Positions 29,408-37,982 of a stretch of 64,000 bases of DNA are shown here, in pieces. Position 1 is the first letter of the stretch. The number at the start of each line of letters is the position of its first letter. Both the position numbers and the translations under genes were made by a program. Location of the stretch: IMG/VR virus record IMGVR_UViG_3300005823_000001; one strand, given 5' to 3'. The notes beneath the pieces are model-generated. The model saw only the letters and a list, made by a program, of their open reading frames with translations, was not told the origin of the DNA and did not search any database. This stretch comes from an uncultured virus (IMG/VR IMGVR_UViG_3300005823_000001). Lineage: Duplodnaviria; Heunggongvirae; Uroviricota; Caudoviricetes.

Positions 29408-29991
29408 AGGTGAGTCTCGTAAGCCGGATCGTCTTCCTTATAGTTAGGGTGCCGTATTATGTTGGCCTCGTAGCCATAGGCCCTGAGTAGGCGTTGACAC
29501 CGCTCGGCATTTTCCCTATTGTGAATCTCTACCAGGATTTGAGCTAGGCCATTAAGGAGCCCTCCGGCCCCTACCAGCACATCGTACTCAGCACCCTCTA
29601 CGTCTATTTTGAGGAAGTCTAGCTGGCCATCTATCAGCACCTTATCTAGCGGCACCGTGTAGACGTACATTTTGCCTACCGGCTGGCCCCAATCCGGCCC
29701 CGCTGCTGGCCAGATGGAGGTATGGATAGTCTTGGGGTGTAGGTGGAGTAGCCGGAATCCAGGCGTACTACCGCAAGCCATGTTGTACACGTCCACATTC
29801 TCCGGTACGTCCGCTAGAAGCTCCCTAAGGGCCAGAGGCCCAGGCTCAAAGGCCAGCACCCGTCTGAAGGTAGCAGCTAAATCTATACTGAAGGCCCCTA
29901 CGTTGGCCCCTACGTCTATAGCCACATCGCCGGACTCCGGTATGTAAGGCAATAGCCACGGCTCCCAGCGTTCTATGCGACTATACACCAT
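29386..29991 (-). CDS. FkbM-family methyltransferase
   Basis: IDVGANVG, AFEP, LDFLKIDVEGAE, VEIH. Confidence 0.92.
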   Translation of the reverse strand: MVYSRIERWEPWLLPYIPESGDVAIDVGANVGAFSIDLAATFRRVLAFEPGPLALRELLADVPENVDVYNMACGSTPGFRLLHLHPKTIHTSIWPAAGPDWGQPVGKMYVYTVPLDKVLIDGQLDFLKIDVEGAEYDVLVGAGGLLNGLAQILVEIHNRENAERCQRLLRAYGYEANIIRHPNYKEDDPAYETHLWLEAHR

Positions 29992-30613
29992 TACCTCCGG
30001 TATGCTTGATGGCTATATCGTTAGCCGTCCTCAAAGCCTTCTGTAGTTCACGCTGTGTAGCTATAAACTTCTGCCGCTCAGCAGGGTCAGTAATAAGGTC
30101 AGCCATGCTACTAAGGTCTAGCTTGCTCGCCGCCTCGCTATCACTGCCGCCGCCTAGCATAACCGTTGCCACCTCGACACAGAGCCGGAGGCCCTCTAGC
30201 AGGCCCGCAAAGCTAAGGTCATCCGGTGCGTCCATCATCTTAGACCGCATGGTACGTATGACTAGCGGTAGTGTCTGGCCCCATAGCGCCTTCTCAAATA
30301 TGCTCTTTAGCTGGCCTATCCCCATCTTGTCTATATCGTCTTCGCTTAGGCCCGAATCCCGCTTCCTAGTCTTGGCCCTGGCATACACGTCTACGTCGGC
30401 CAGATGCTTGATAAACCGCCGGTGGAAATCCATGCCGTCATTACCAGGCCGCCGGTCGCCTAGCTGTACCATGTACTCCAATATGTCATGGTTACCGGCC
30501 CCGCTTACCAGCATCGCATCTATATCGTCCTTATGCGGACTCTTACAGATGGGGCAGACGGCCTTGTGCCGCACTACTCGAATTCTTGTTTTCTTATCTA
30601 ACCCCTCCATCAT
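29981..30613 (-). CDS. Putative terminase small subunit
   Basis: CPICKSPHK..ID.ML..G HTH-like N-terminus; first gene of the packaging operon. Confidence 0.6.
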   Translation of the reverse strand: MMEGLDKKTRIRVVRHKAVCPICKSPHKDDIDAMLVSGAGNHDILEYMVQLGDRRPGNDGMDFHRRFIKHLADVDVYARAKTRKRDSGLSEDDIDKMGIGQLKSIFEKALWGQTLPLVIRTMRSKMMDAPDDLSFAGLLEGLRLCVEVATVMLGGGSDSEAASKLDLSSMADLITDPAERQKFIATQRELQKALRTANDIAIKHTGGNGV

Positions 30614-30740
30614 ACCTCCCCTATAAATGTCCCGCTTACATCTATACTATACGCTATTTCTCGTGTCGTCCAAGAGTAATATGAATCCTATTATTGCCAT
30701 CAACCCCGCATTCAAAAAGCACAGGCTAGCCGGTATCCAA

Positions 30741-31292
30741 TTAGGCAGTCCATGTATTAGGAAGAGGCTGCTTACCTCTACCATTCTGCCGTAGCCTCCA
30801 TGCCATCACTCTTATACTCTCCTCACTCACCTTATACCGCTTGGCGCAATACCGTGTCCCCTTGCTGTAATATGCCAACAGGAATCCCCACACTGTAGGA
30901 TGGAATAGACGCTTAGCCGCCGCTAGAGCCATCTCCTTATCCAGCCGCTCCTCTAACTCCTCTATCCCACCGTTAGTACTCCTATGGTAAGCCTCTTCAA
31001 GTGATACGTGTATTGTCTGCTCCCTCAGTCGCCGGTGCTGGTCAATAACAAGATGGTCACCTACTATCCAGATAAGATTCCAAGGGGCATAAGCACCGTT
31101 GTACCCGTAAGCTTGTAGCACCGCCTCTAACGTGTCCTGCCATAAGTCTTCAGCCGCTTCAAAGCTCTTACCATACGTGATTGCCTTACCTATGAACCTA
31201 TGGCGCAAGTCTCGGTACATCTCTGGAGACAGTTGCCGGAGGGCTCTACCACTCATGGTATAGTTATAACACCCCACCAACAAATAGGCCAT
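30741..31292 (-). CDS. ECF/sigma70-like factor (paralogue of 25401-25943; start may be 31256)
   Basis: AAEDLWQDT region 2, IDQHRR, C-terminal HTH (CAKRYKVSEESIRVMAWRLR). Confidence 0.75.
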   Translation of the reverse strand: MAYLLVGCYNYTMSGRALRQLSPEMYRDLRHRFIGKAITYGKSFEAAEDLWQDTLEAVLQAYGYNGAYAPWNLIWIVGDHLVIDQHRRLREQTIHVSLEEAYHRSTNGGIEELEERLDKEMALAAAKRLFHPTVWGFLLAYYSKGTRYCAKRYKVSEESIRVMAWRLRQNGRGKQPLPNTWTA

Positions 31293-31920
31293 TTGCGAAA
31301 CTGCGAATCCAGTACCCCTCTTTTTGTACTTGTGGACTATACTCTAAACAGTATAGTGATAGCTCGCAGAAAGTGGGGAAGGGGAAACGCACCCGTATAG
31401 AAGATGACCTGGGAATGCACAGGCTCCTCAGCCTTGGCCCCAGGAGCTTAGATAGGAAGGCTCCCCCACCAGGCCGGTTGCAGGGGAGCCCTCGCTGAAG
31501 TGATATTAAGCTATTAGGGTATTCCAGGGGAGTACAGAGGATCGCACTATAACCATTATGTAAAGTAGGTATAAGATTGGCTACGAGGTGGGGTAGGTGA
31601 ATGGGTGAGATGACTCCTGGCCTCTGGAGATTGTCAATGATGTTAACAGTTCTTCTATACTGGTGAGTGAGGAGGTGTAAGACTGTGTGCCCATTGTCTC
31701 CCGCCCCTCTATCTGAGCTACTATCTCTTGTATAGGGCTCCGTATAGGGAGAGAGGGGTGCCCCCGTATAAGGACGGTCGCTTATCCCTTCCCTACCTGG
31801 GCTCTGGCCCTCTCTTTGTTTTGTCTCACAGCCTGTATACAAGAGCCGCTCACCTCTCACCGGCGGGTTATGAGGCCTGCGACTGAGTGCCGCTTATGAC
31901 TATCTGTGTCTCTGTAACCG

Positions 31921-31950
31921 ATTATCCTCTGAGGGGTGTTGTGATGTCAA
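31921..31950 (-). promoter_or_regulatory. Sigma70-type promoter firing into a ~600-nt non-coding tract
   Basis: TTGACA-18-GATAAT on the minus strand. Confidence 0.6.
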
Positions 31951-31996
31951 GGTAACTTAAGGAGAGGATGGAGTGGTATTGTGAGTCGGTGGCTTG

Positions 31997-32290
31997 TCAA
32001 TGTCGCCTAACTACATCAAGGAAGTGGACTATAGGCCTATCATCCTCCTGGGCCTCTAGGATTTCTAGTATGCCTCTTGAGGCTGCTGCTAGGTGTCGGA
32101 TAGCTTGCTCTGTACTTGTATGATGATGGATTGCCTCGCTTAGCTGCTTACGTAGTTGTGCATAGGAAGGTTGCCCTTTTCTCTCCGGCCTGGGCTCCTC
32201 AGTTGCGTTTCTGAGGCCTCTAAGGAAGGTAGCAACGTCCTCCACTGTGTCCATTTCTATAGCGAGGTTACCGATGTAGGCTCGTATCAT
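31997..32290 (-). CDS. Hypothetical protein
   Basis: ATGA-coupled ORF chain. Confidence 0.6.
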   Translation of the reverse strand: MIRAYIGNLAIEMDTVEDVATFLRGLRNATEEPRPERKGQPSYAQLRKQLSEAIHHHTSTEQAIRHLAAASRGILEILEAQEDDRPIVHFLDVVRRH

Positions 32291-32592
32291 GGCATCCCTG
32301 GTATCTCTAGCATGTCTTCTATTTGTTCTAGCCCAATCGCTAACTGATTAGCCCTTCTCCTAGCGGCCAGAACCTTGATGACCCTCTTTAGCGGTATACA
32401 CACCGCGTCTCTGTCTTGTAAGGCTGAGCTAGGACAGGTGATGGCTTCTATTCCGGCCCATATCTTGCCTAAGGCCAGTAGCATCTCCTCATCGGTCATA
32501 GGTGCGAAGCTACAAGGGCCACTATGTCCTGTTGGCTCAATACAGTTTGGATATGAGCACTCACCTTTTCGTAGTAGGTCTTCGTTACACAT
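32287..32592 (-). CDS. Hypothetical protein
   Basis: C-x4-C..GH.GPC motif; coupled chain. Confidence 0.55.
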   Translation of the reverse strand: MCNEDLLRKGECSYPNCIEPTGHSGPCSFAPMTDEEMLLALGKIWAGIEAITCPSSALQDRDAVCIPLKRVIKVLAARRRANQLAIGLEQIEDMLEIPGMP

Positions 32593-32628
32593 GGCCCCTC
32601 GTCTCCTTAGAGCTTAGCCACTTATCCA

Positions 32629-32865
32629 TTATAGCTCCCACTCCTCTAGCATCCTTAGCCCTAAGGCTCTGCACTCTTCCTCTGTTAGGGCTCGTGGCTG
32701 GTCAAGGTCTATCTCCTTAGGCCAGACTTTAGTACGCATCTCTAGTAGGCTCTCAGGGTCTAGCATCATTTCCTTTACGGCTAAGATTTTAGCTTTGCCT
32801 CTTGTAGGTGAGGCGATGAGCCATCCATAGGGCTCATCCTTTATATTGCAATACCAGACTCTCAT
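32629..32865 (-). CDS. Hypothetical protein
   Basis: Coupled chain; A.TRGKAK motif. Confidence 0.6.
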   Translation of the reverse strand: MRVWYCNIKDEPYGWLIASPTRGKAKILAVKEMMLDPESLLEMRTKVWPKEIDLDQPRALTEEECRALGLRMLEEWEL

Positions 32866-33140
32866 GGCGTTCTCTTACTAGCCTCTATTATGTACCGGCC
32901 TGGTATGTAACGAGCAAAGATAGGTGTACCATCTTCCTTACGTACTACAAGGTACATTTCCTCATGCACCTCTACCTCAATAGGCCCATCTAGCATCTCC
33001 TCTGCCGGCACACATTCTTCCATAGGTATTGCATCCCATGTGCCCTTATGCCAAGTAAGGAATACATACCCTCCATCCTGTTTCACCGGCCCGCAAACAT
33101 CTACTACCTTGTCACCTAGATATATGAGGCGTACTTTCAT
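32862..33140 (-). CDS. Hypothetical protein
   Basis: GAGG RBS; coupled chain. Confidence 0.6.
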   Translation of the reverse strand: MKVRLIYLGDKVVDVCGPVKQDGGYVFLTWHKGTWDAIPMEECVPAEEMLDGPIEVEVHEEMYLVVRKEDGTPIFARYIPGRYIIEASKRTP

Positions 33141-33309
33141 CAGATACCTCTTCCTTCTTGCGCACCTTAATACGCTCTATTTTCAGGCTACCATCTGGTA
33201 GGTCTAGCCTCTCACCGGCCTGGAGGCGTAGCCAACACTCAAAGCAGAGCCTATCCTCGCCTATACCTATCATCCATACCTTATCGCAATCTATTACAGA
33301 GCACTTCAT
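33112..33309 (-). CDS. Small Cys-containing hypothetical protein
   Basis: CSVIDC...LCFEC. Confidence 0.5.
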   Translation of the reverse strand: MKCSVIDCDKVWMIGIGEDRLCFECWLRLQAGERLDLPDGSLKIERIKVRKKEEVSDESTPHISR

Positions 33310-33393
33310 TTAGCTACCCCCATAAGATATGGCCTAATATGAGGCCTGCTGCAAAGGCCAATAGGATACTAGATATGATTTCCGCTTCTTTAC

Positions 33394-33570
33394 TCATGTG
33401 AATGTAGCTCCTAAGGGCCTAGGCTCCCACTTGTTACAGGTATGAACGGTAGGAGCCCATATTGGCTTAGAATCACCCTCTTTTACGATACAAAGAGGCA
33501 CCTTTAGAGGCTTAGGCCAAGATAGGTGCTTACAGGTAGTACAGATTTTAGGTATTCCGCTACTCGGCAT
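33394..33570 (-). CDS. Small 4-Cys protein (not in the ORF track)
   Basis: MPSSGIPKICTTCKH...C...TCNKW; GGAGG RBS. Confidence 0.55.
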   Translation of the reverse strand: MPSSGIPKICTTCKHLSWPKPLKVPLCIVKEGDSKPIWAPTVHTCNKWEPRPLGATFT

Positions 33571-33580
33571 CTATCGCCTC

Positions 33581-34207
33581 CTATCTCGCCCTACATTCTA
33601 TCTGTACTTCCTTTAGGGCCTTAAGCGGGTTAGCGGCCTGAGCTATTCGGCGGCCTACGATAATGGCATCAGTTAGCCCCTCAGACGCCTCTATATAAGT
33701 CCCTATTCTAGCATGGTCATTACGCTGGTTGCCATAAGGCCTTATAGCTGTACATATGTGTATTCCTAGAGGCCACCGGTTACGTACTTGCCTTATTTCT
33801 CGTAATGTCGTTATAGTGCCATCTAGCTTGGCCGCTCTACAGGTATCAATGGCCTCTTCTATCTCCTGCCCATTAGTAAGCAAGCTAGATAGCTTGAGAA
33901 CGCCAAACACCTTGACCGGCCCAGCAGTATCCTTAATGCCTGTAAGCATAGCACGGCCACCAGAGGCATGAGCCGTCATGCCCCATACTGCATCACTTTG
34001 GACGATTCTCATAGTGGCCTTCATAGCCTCATAAAGGATATCGCACATCTTGATATCGTAGAGCACCTGAAACCCCATATTGTGTACAGAGTCGGCTGCT
34101 AATAGGCCCATTTCAGCTATTAGGGGCAAACCCACTTTAATAGTACGTACCTGACCTTTTAGCTGTTCAGCCTGTGTTATCGAGCTTACCGCTACAATGA
34201 TTTCCAT
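33581..34207 (-). CDS. pyrF: Orotidine-5'-phosphate decarboxylase homologue (divergent)
   Basis: IKVG, DIKMCDI (DxKxxD), TAHASGGRAML, AIRP, IIVGRRI..A.NP. Confidence 0.85.
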   Translation of the reverse strand: MEIIVAVSSITQAEQLKGQVRTIKVGLPLIAEMGLLAADSVHNMGFQVLYDIKMCDILYEAMKATMRIVQSDAVWGMTAHASGGRAMLTGIKDTAGPVKVFGVLKLSSLLTNGQEIEEAIDTCRAAKLDGTITTLREIRQVRNRWPLGIHICTAIRPYGNQRNDHARIGTYIEASEGLTDAIIVGRRIAQAANPLKALKEVQIECRAR

Positions 34208-34209
34208 AC

Positions 34210-34449
34210 CTAATTCCCTCTCCTATAATCTAGCCCTCGCCGGTCGGCCTCTGCTTGTAGGGCCTCTAATTCCTCTCTAGCCTCTTTTTCGTAGTCACTG
34301 TACACCTCTTCTATTTCGGTGCTGAGCTTACGTATGATATTCAATAGATGAGCCTCATGTAGGTTGTGCAAAGCCACCTCACGGCCTCTGCTATCTGTGT
34401 GAGTACGATTACCGCAGGCCATTATGTTGCCACCTCTTGCATACCTCAT
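34210..34449 (-). CDS. Hypothetical protein
   Basis: HLLNIIR..L motif; operon context. Confidence 0.5.
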   Translation of the reverse strand: MRYARGGNIMACGNRTHTDSRGREVALHNLHEAHLLNIIRKLSTEIEEVYSDYEKEAREELEALQAEADRRGLDYRRGN

Positions 34450-34561
34450 CTCCCTTAGCTACGAGCTTAAGGGACATGCAATAACCCTGTTGGCGTCCAT
34501 CCAGCCTAGGCACCGCCGGTGGATTGTACTTCCAGTGTATACAATTTGCACATCTAGCCAT
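34409..34561 (-). CDS. Small 4-Cys protein
   Basis: MARCANCIHW...GYC...VCKRW; AGGAGG RBS. Confidence 0.55.
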   Translation of the reverse strand: MARCANCIHWKYNPPAVPRLDGRQQGYCMSLKLVAKGDEVCKRWQHNGLR

Positions 34562-34571
34562 CTTACACCTC

Positions 34572-35039
34572 CTACTGGTGTTGATTGAGCCCATAAAGGG
34601 CTATACAGGCTGCATCTGCCATATGATGACTTTCCTCTAGGCCTCTACCGAATAGCAATGGATGATTCGCTGCTACCTTTTGAGCCATCTCCTTACTAGC
34701 TCGGCCATGCCCTAATATGACTTTTTTCCAGGTATTCGCCGGTACTAGATGCACCTCTTTGGTGAATACGAAAGATATAGCTAATGCGCCTCCTATTACC
34801 TTAGCGAGCTTGTGAGCAGCCCCATAGGAGCGGTAAGCGCTGTCTTCTATGTAAATCTTCTTTGGGCCATCCCAATCATGTAGCAGGTGATACCACTCAG
34901 GCAGAAGTTGGCTATACCGCTCAAACCACTCCTTGCTCATCCTGGCTAGTATCATTCCGCTAGAGTGGAATGTAGCAGTATCCTCGTTGAGGGCCACATA
35001 ACATATGCGGTAGGTATCTGAGTCTACTCCTAATATCAT
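34572..35039 (-). CDS. ruvC: RuvC-like Holliday junction resolvase
   Basis: ILGVD, IYIED, WKK.ILGHGRASK, ADAACIA. Confidence 0.88.
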   Translation of the reverse strand: MILGVDSDTYRICYVALNEDTATFHSSGMILARMSKEWFERYSQLLPEWYHLLHDWDGPKKIYIEDSAYRSYGAAHKLAKVIGGALAISFVFTKEVHLVPANTWKKVILGHGRASKEMAQKVAANHPLLFGRGLEESHHMADAACIALYGLNQHQ

Positions 35040-35536
35040 TTCGTTTCCTCCAAGGCTGTTATACGCCCATTGTAGGCCGGTAGGTAGTTAGGTGCTAAGT
35101 ATCTTAGGTTCGTGACCGCTACGAACCTGTTATCTAGCATCTCTAGCAAAATAGGCCGCACGTCGCTGTACAGAAGTTGCCCGTTTCCGCACCCTACTCG
35201 TGGCAGCACAACCGTATGCATTTTGTAGGCGTCAGCTAGCTCTATTAGCTCCCTACAGGAGCAGGCAATTAGCTCTAATTTAGCCGGTTGATACCATTGG
35301 TACTTAACAGGGAAGGCTATGAGCCGTTGCTCTAATGACAGGACGCCCACAGAAGTCCCTACAGCCTTGATGAGCCTTCCTAAAGCTATATCTAGGCTTG
35401 GGTAACGCTCTAAGGCTTGTAGTGCTACCCCTTTACCCATAATACCGGCTCCGTTAGCCTTGACGGTGCCATTAGTAGGGATTACCCGCCATACCGCCTC
35501 GTCAATCTCCCATATATCAGCTACTATCTCTTTCAC
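35036..35536 (-). CDS. Macro domain (ADP-ribosylglycohydrolase-like)
   Basis: DIW..VIPTN...MGKGVALQ..RYP, FPVKY.W, LPRVGCGNGQL. Confidence 0.88.
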   Translation of the reverse strand: MKEIVADIWEIDEAVWRVIPTNGTVKANGAGIMGKGVALQALERYPSLDIALGRLIKAVGTSVGVLSLEQRLIAFPVKYQWYQPAKLELIACSCRELIELADAYKMHTVVLPRVGCGNGQLLYSDVRPILLEMLDNRFVAVTNLRYLAPNYLPAYNGRITALEETK

Positions 35537-35726
35537 GCTGGGCCTCCTCTTCTAAGTCTCTGGCCTCCGTTATTAAGACACCAGCAGAGTTAAAAGCTAC
35601 TCGCTCATAGCCCTCTACTGAAGGGAATACCACCATCACTATAGTTACTATACCTGTCCTGCCCTTAAATGGCCCGCCTAGTATTTGAGCCTTGGCACCA
35701 CCTAGTACAACATTCATCTTCTTCAT
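35517..35726 (-). CDS. Small KOW-motif protein
   Basis: ILGGPFKGRTGIV. Confidence 0.5.
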   Translation of the reverse strand: MKKMNVVLGGAKAQILGGPFKGRTGIVTIVMVVFPSVEGYERVAFNSAGVLITEARDLEEEAQRERDSS

Positions 35727-36219
35727 ACCGGCCTAGGCCCTCCCTTCTTAGCTTGTTTCCAGGGCGGCCTCCTGCTGTCCCTGGCCCATCCTCTGTGCAA
35801 ACGGCCTCTGTGGTGCTCCCTCGCCGGTTTTGGAGTGGGCCAGAGGGACGCACGGAGCCGCTTGTCAGCTTCCAGCCGGTCATCCGGCCCTGGTCGCCGG
35901 AGAATTCGCCGGAACCACGCCAGCACCCAATCCCAAAATCGCCTCATCTCACGACACCCTCCAAAACTGCCACCAGCGGCCCTGAGGCCAAAATCTGCTG
36001 GTCTGCATGTAAAAACCTGCCCCTGACACCAGGACGCATTTTTCGGCCTTGCCTGGTGCAGCAGGGCCGGTCGGCCTAACTGCGACGCAGCAATCAACTA
36101 TACACTGGCCATCTAACCGGCCCCACCGTTCTGACCTCAAATTGCATATATCGCATATGCCTCCCCAGGATACACAATCTAGCACCATTTTCCCTATTCG
36201 CCTATTTGAGGCCAGAACG

Positions 36220-36456
36220 CTAAGGCCGCTCATCCTCTTCCCCTTGTACTAGGTGAATCTTGTGACCGGTTGCCTCTGCTAGCTCGTTTGCGAATACCTC
36301 AGGTTCGCACATCAGCTTAGCTAGCACATTTACCTCATTTACACCCTCTATCACCCTAACTACGCAGAGATATAGTCCCTTTTTCCTTATATCAGATGGT
36401 AGGGTGCTAATAAGCAATTTAGGCCTAGGAGCCGGAGCACCGCCGTTACCACTCAT
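36220..36456 (-). CDS. Hypothetical protein
   Basis: Coupled to the pyrE-like stop. Confidence 0.55.
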   Translation of the reverse strand: MSGNGGAPAPRPKLLISTLPSDIRKKGLYLCVVRVIEGVNEVNVLAKLMCEPEVFANELAEATGHKIHLVQGEEDERP

Positions 36457-36950
36457 AGCATTGTATCTCCTGTTCCCCTGGCCACCTTAGTAACAGCACA
36501 TAGCGGGCATTCCTTAGCTTCCCATAGAGGCAAATTACGAGCATCTACCAGGTAACCGAATGGAATATCACTAGGAGGCATGCCCCTAAGGAACATCACC
36601 CAAATAGCATCCGGCCTTATCTTGTGCTCATTATAGAAAGCCCTAACGCTACGGCCCGTAGTCCACACATCATCTACTATTACCGTAGGTACATCTGGCG
36701 TAGGAAAGCGTAATGGATGTAGGCCACTTCTCATACGTTTCACATTCATCTTACCTAGGAGCCACTCGCCGCCGGTCGGCACCCCTAGACAACCATATGG
36801 GAACATCACATCCGGCGGTAGATACATAAGCCCAAAGGGTATATCACGATAATGCAAATCCTCTATGACTATCTTGACCGATGTATGCATACCACTGGCT
36901 AGTATGAAATGCCCAAACTTGAGATAAGATAAGCTATGTAGGTCTAGCAT
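36453..36950 (-). CDS. pyrE: Orotate phosphoribosyltransferase homologue (short, divergent)
   Basis: GHFILASGMH hood motif, PRPP motif VIVDDVWTTGRSV, C-terminal W...ECPLC. Confidence 0.8.
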   Translation of the reverse strand: MLDLHSLSYLKFGHFILASGMHTSVKIVIEDLHYRDIPFGLMYLPPDVMFPYGCLGVPTGGEWLLGKMNVKRMRSGLHPLRFPTPDVPTVIVDDVWTTGRSVRAFYNEHKIRPDAIWVMFLRGMPPSDIPFGYLVDARNLPLWEAKECPLCAVTKVARGTGDTML

Positions 36951-37189
36951 GTCCTCAATTTCTCCTCATATGGGAATGGCCCACCATTCTCCTGTAGCCA
37001 AAGATTGCCCATAGGAGTCAAGATATAGCGCTTATGCCCATAAGCACCCAAGCGCTGCACCAGGCCCATAGCTACCATATCGTCTAAGACAAACTTGCTT
37101 ATGCCTATTTGCACCGGTGTTCCTTTACTAACGCAATGGACACACCGCAAAGCATATCTCGCTTCAGACACTATTTTGTTAGATATCAT
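36944..37189 (-). CDS. Small winged-helix-like protein
   Basis: LDDMVAMGLVQR...YILTPMG. Confidence 0.5.
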   Translation of the reverse strand: MISNKIVSEARYALRCVHCVSKGTPVQIGISKFVLDDMVAMGLVQRLGAYGHKRYILTPMGNLWLQENGGPFPYEEKLRTC

Positions 37190-37866
37190 CCAGCCTTATC
37201 TCTTTCGCCTAGCCGGAGCGTCAACTGACGGCTGATAGCTCCGAACATGGTCTGTCCCATCTCTACCAGGCGACGTAGGAGCTTAGCCTCACTGGTAAGG
37301 TGGGCCTGCCGCATAGTACCATCTCTGAGCATCTTGCTCTTTGATACGGCTTGGGCCTCAATTACCTCCTTAAGCCCTCGCTTATCCGCATCCCTTATAA
37401 TGTCGCCCATGACCTTACCACGATGGATACGCAGTATCTCCTCTAGTGCTGCTAGCTCGCCCTCTACCCAAGCTAATTGGCCTAAGTAGTAGGAGAGCCA
37501 TGCTGAGGCCTTGGCCAGATTCTCCTCTACCTCTGGTATTGCCCATATTGGCATCCCTGACAGGTCTACGTCATTATCAATAGCAGGCAATATAGGCTTC
37601 GGGTACTTCTTCTCTAGGTCTTCCATTATACGCCACCATCCCCAATCTCCTCTCTGGCGAGCTAGCTTGATAAAAGGCAAGCTAGAGAATAGGCCCTCAC
37701 GGTTTTTGATAGCCTCTTCCCACAGAGGATCGCTCTGGCGTACCTCCCATATAGTGCCATATTCATCCCGCACCAGGATACGAGCTTCTAGCTCTTGTAC
37801 CTCTTCTTCTGTCGGTGAATCTTTCATAATAATTGCTACTAAGGGGAGTAGAGGTCTGACGAGCAA
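37186..37866 (-). CDS. UvsY-like recombination mediator (putative)
   Basis: Long helices ending ISRQLTLR; near recA. Confidence 0.45.
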   Translation of the reverse strand: MLVRPLLPLVAIIMKDSPTEEEVQELEARILVRDEYGTIWEVRQSDPLWEEAIKNREGLFSSLPFIKLARQRGDWGWWRIMEDLEKKYPKPILPAIDNDVDLSGMPIWAIPEVEENLAKASAWLSYYLGQLAWVEGELAALEEILRIHRGKVMGDIIRDADKRGLKEVIEAQAVSKSKMLRDGTMRQAHLTSEAKLLRRLVEMGQTMFGAISRQLTLRLGERDKAG

Positions 37867-37982
37867 TCACGATACCTCCCTCCTATAGTTTTGTGTTACC
37901 CCTACTCCCCTTAGCTACTGACCCGACGGTTCAGGCGTCGGTGCGTCTACTGTCGGAGTCAGTTACATCACCCCCCTTCATA

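Noticed and set aside
31264..31860. 198-aa minus-strand ORF
   Set aside because: Low-complexity, atypical composition and no motifs; the region looks regulatory.
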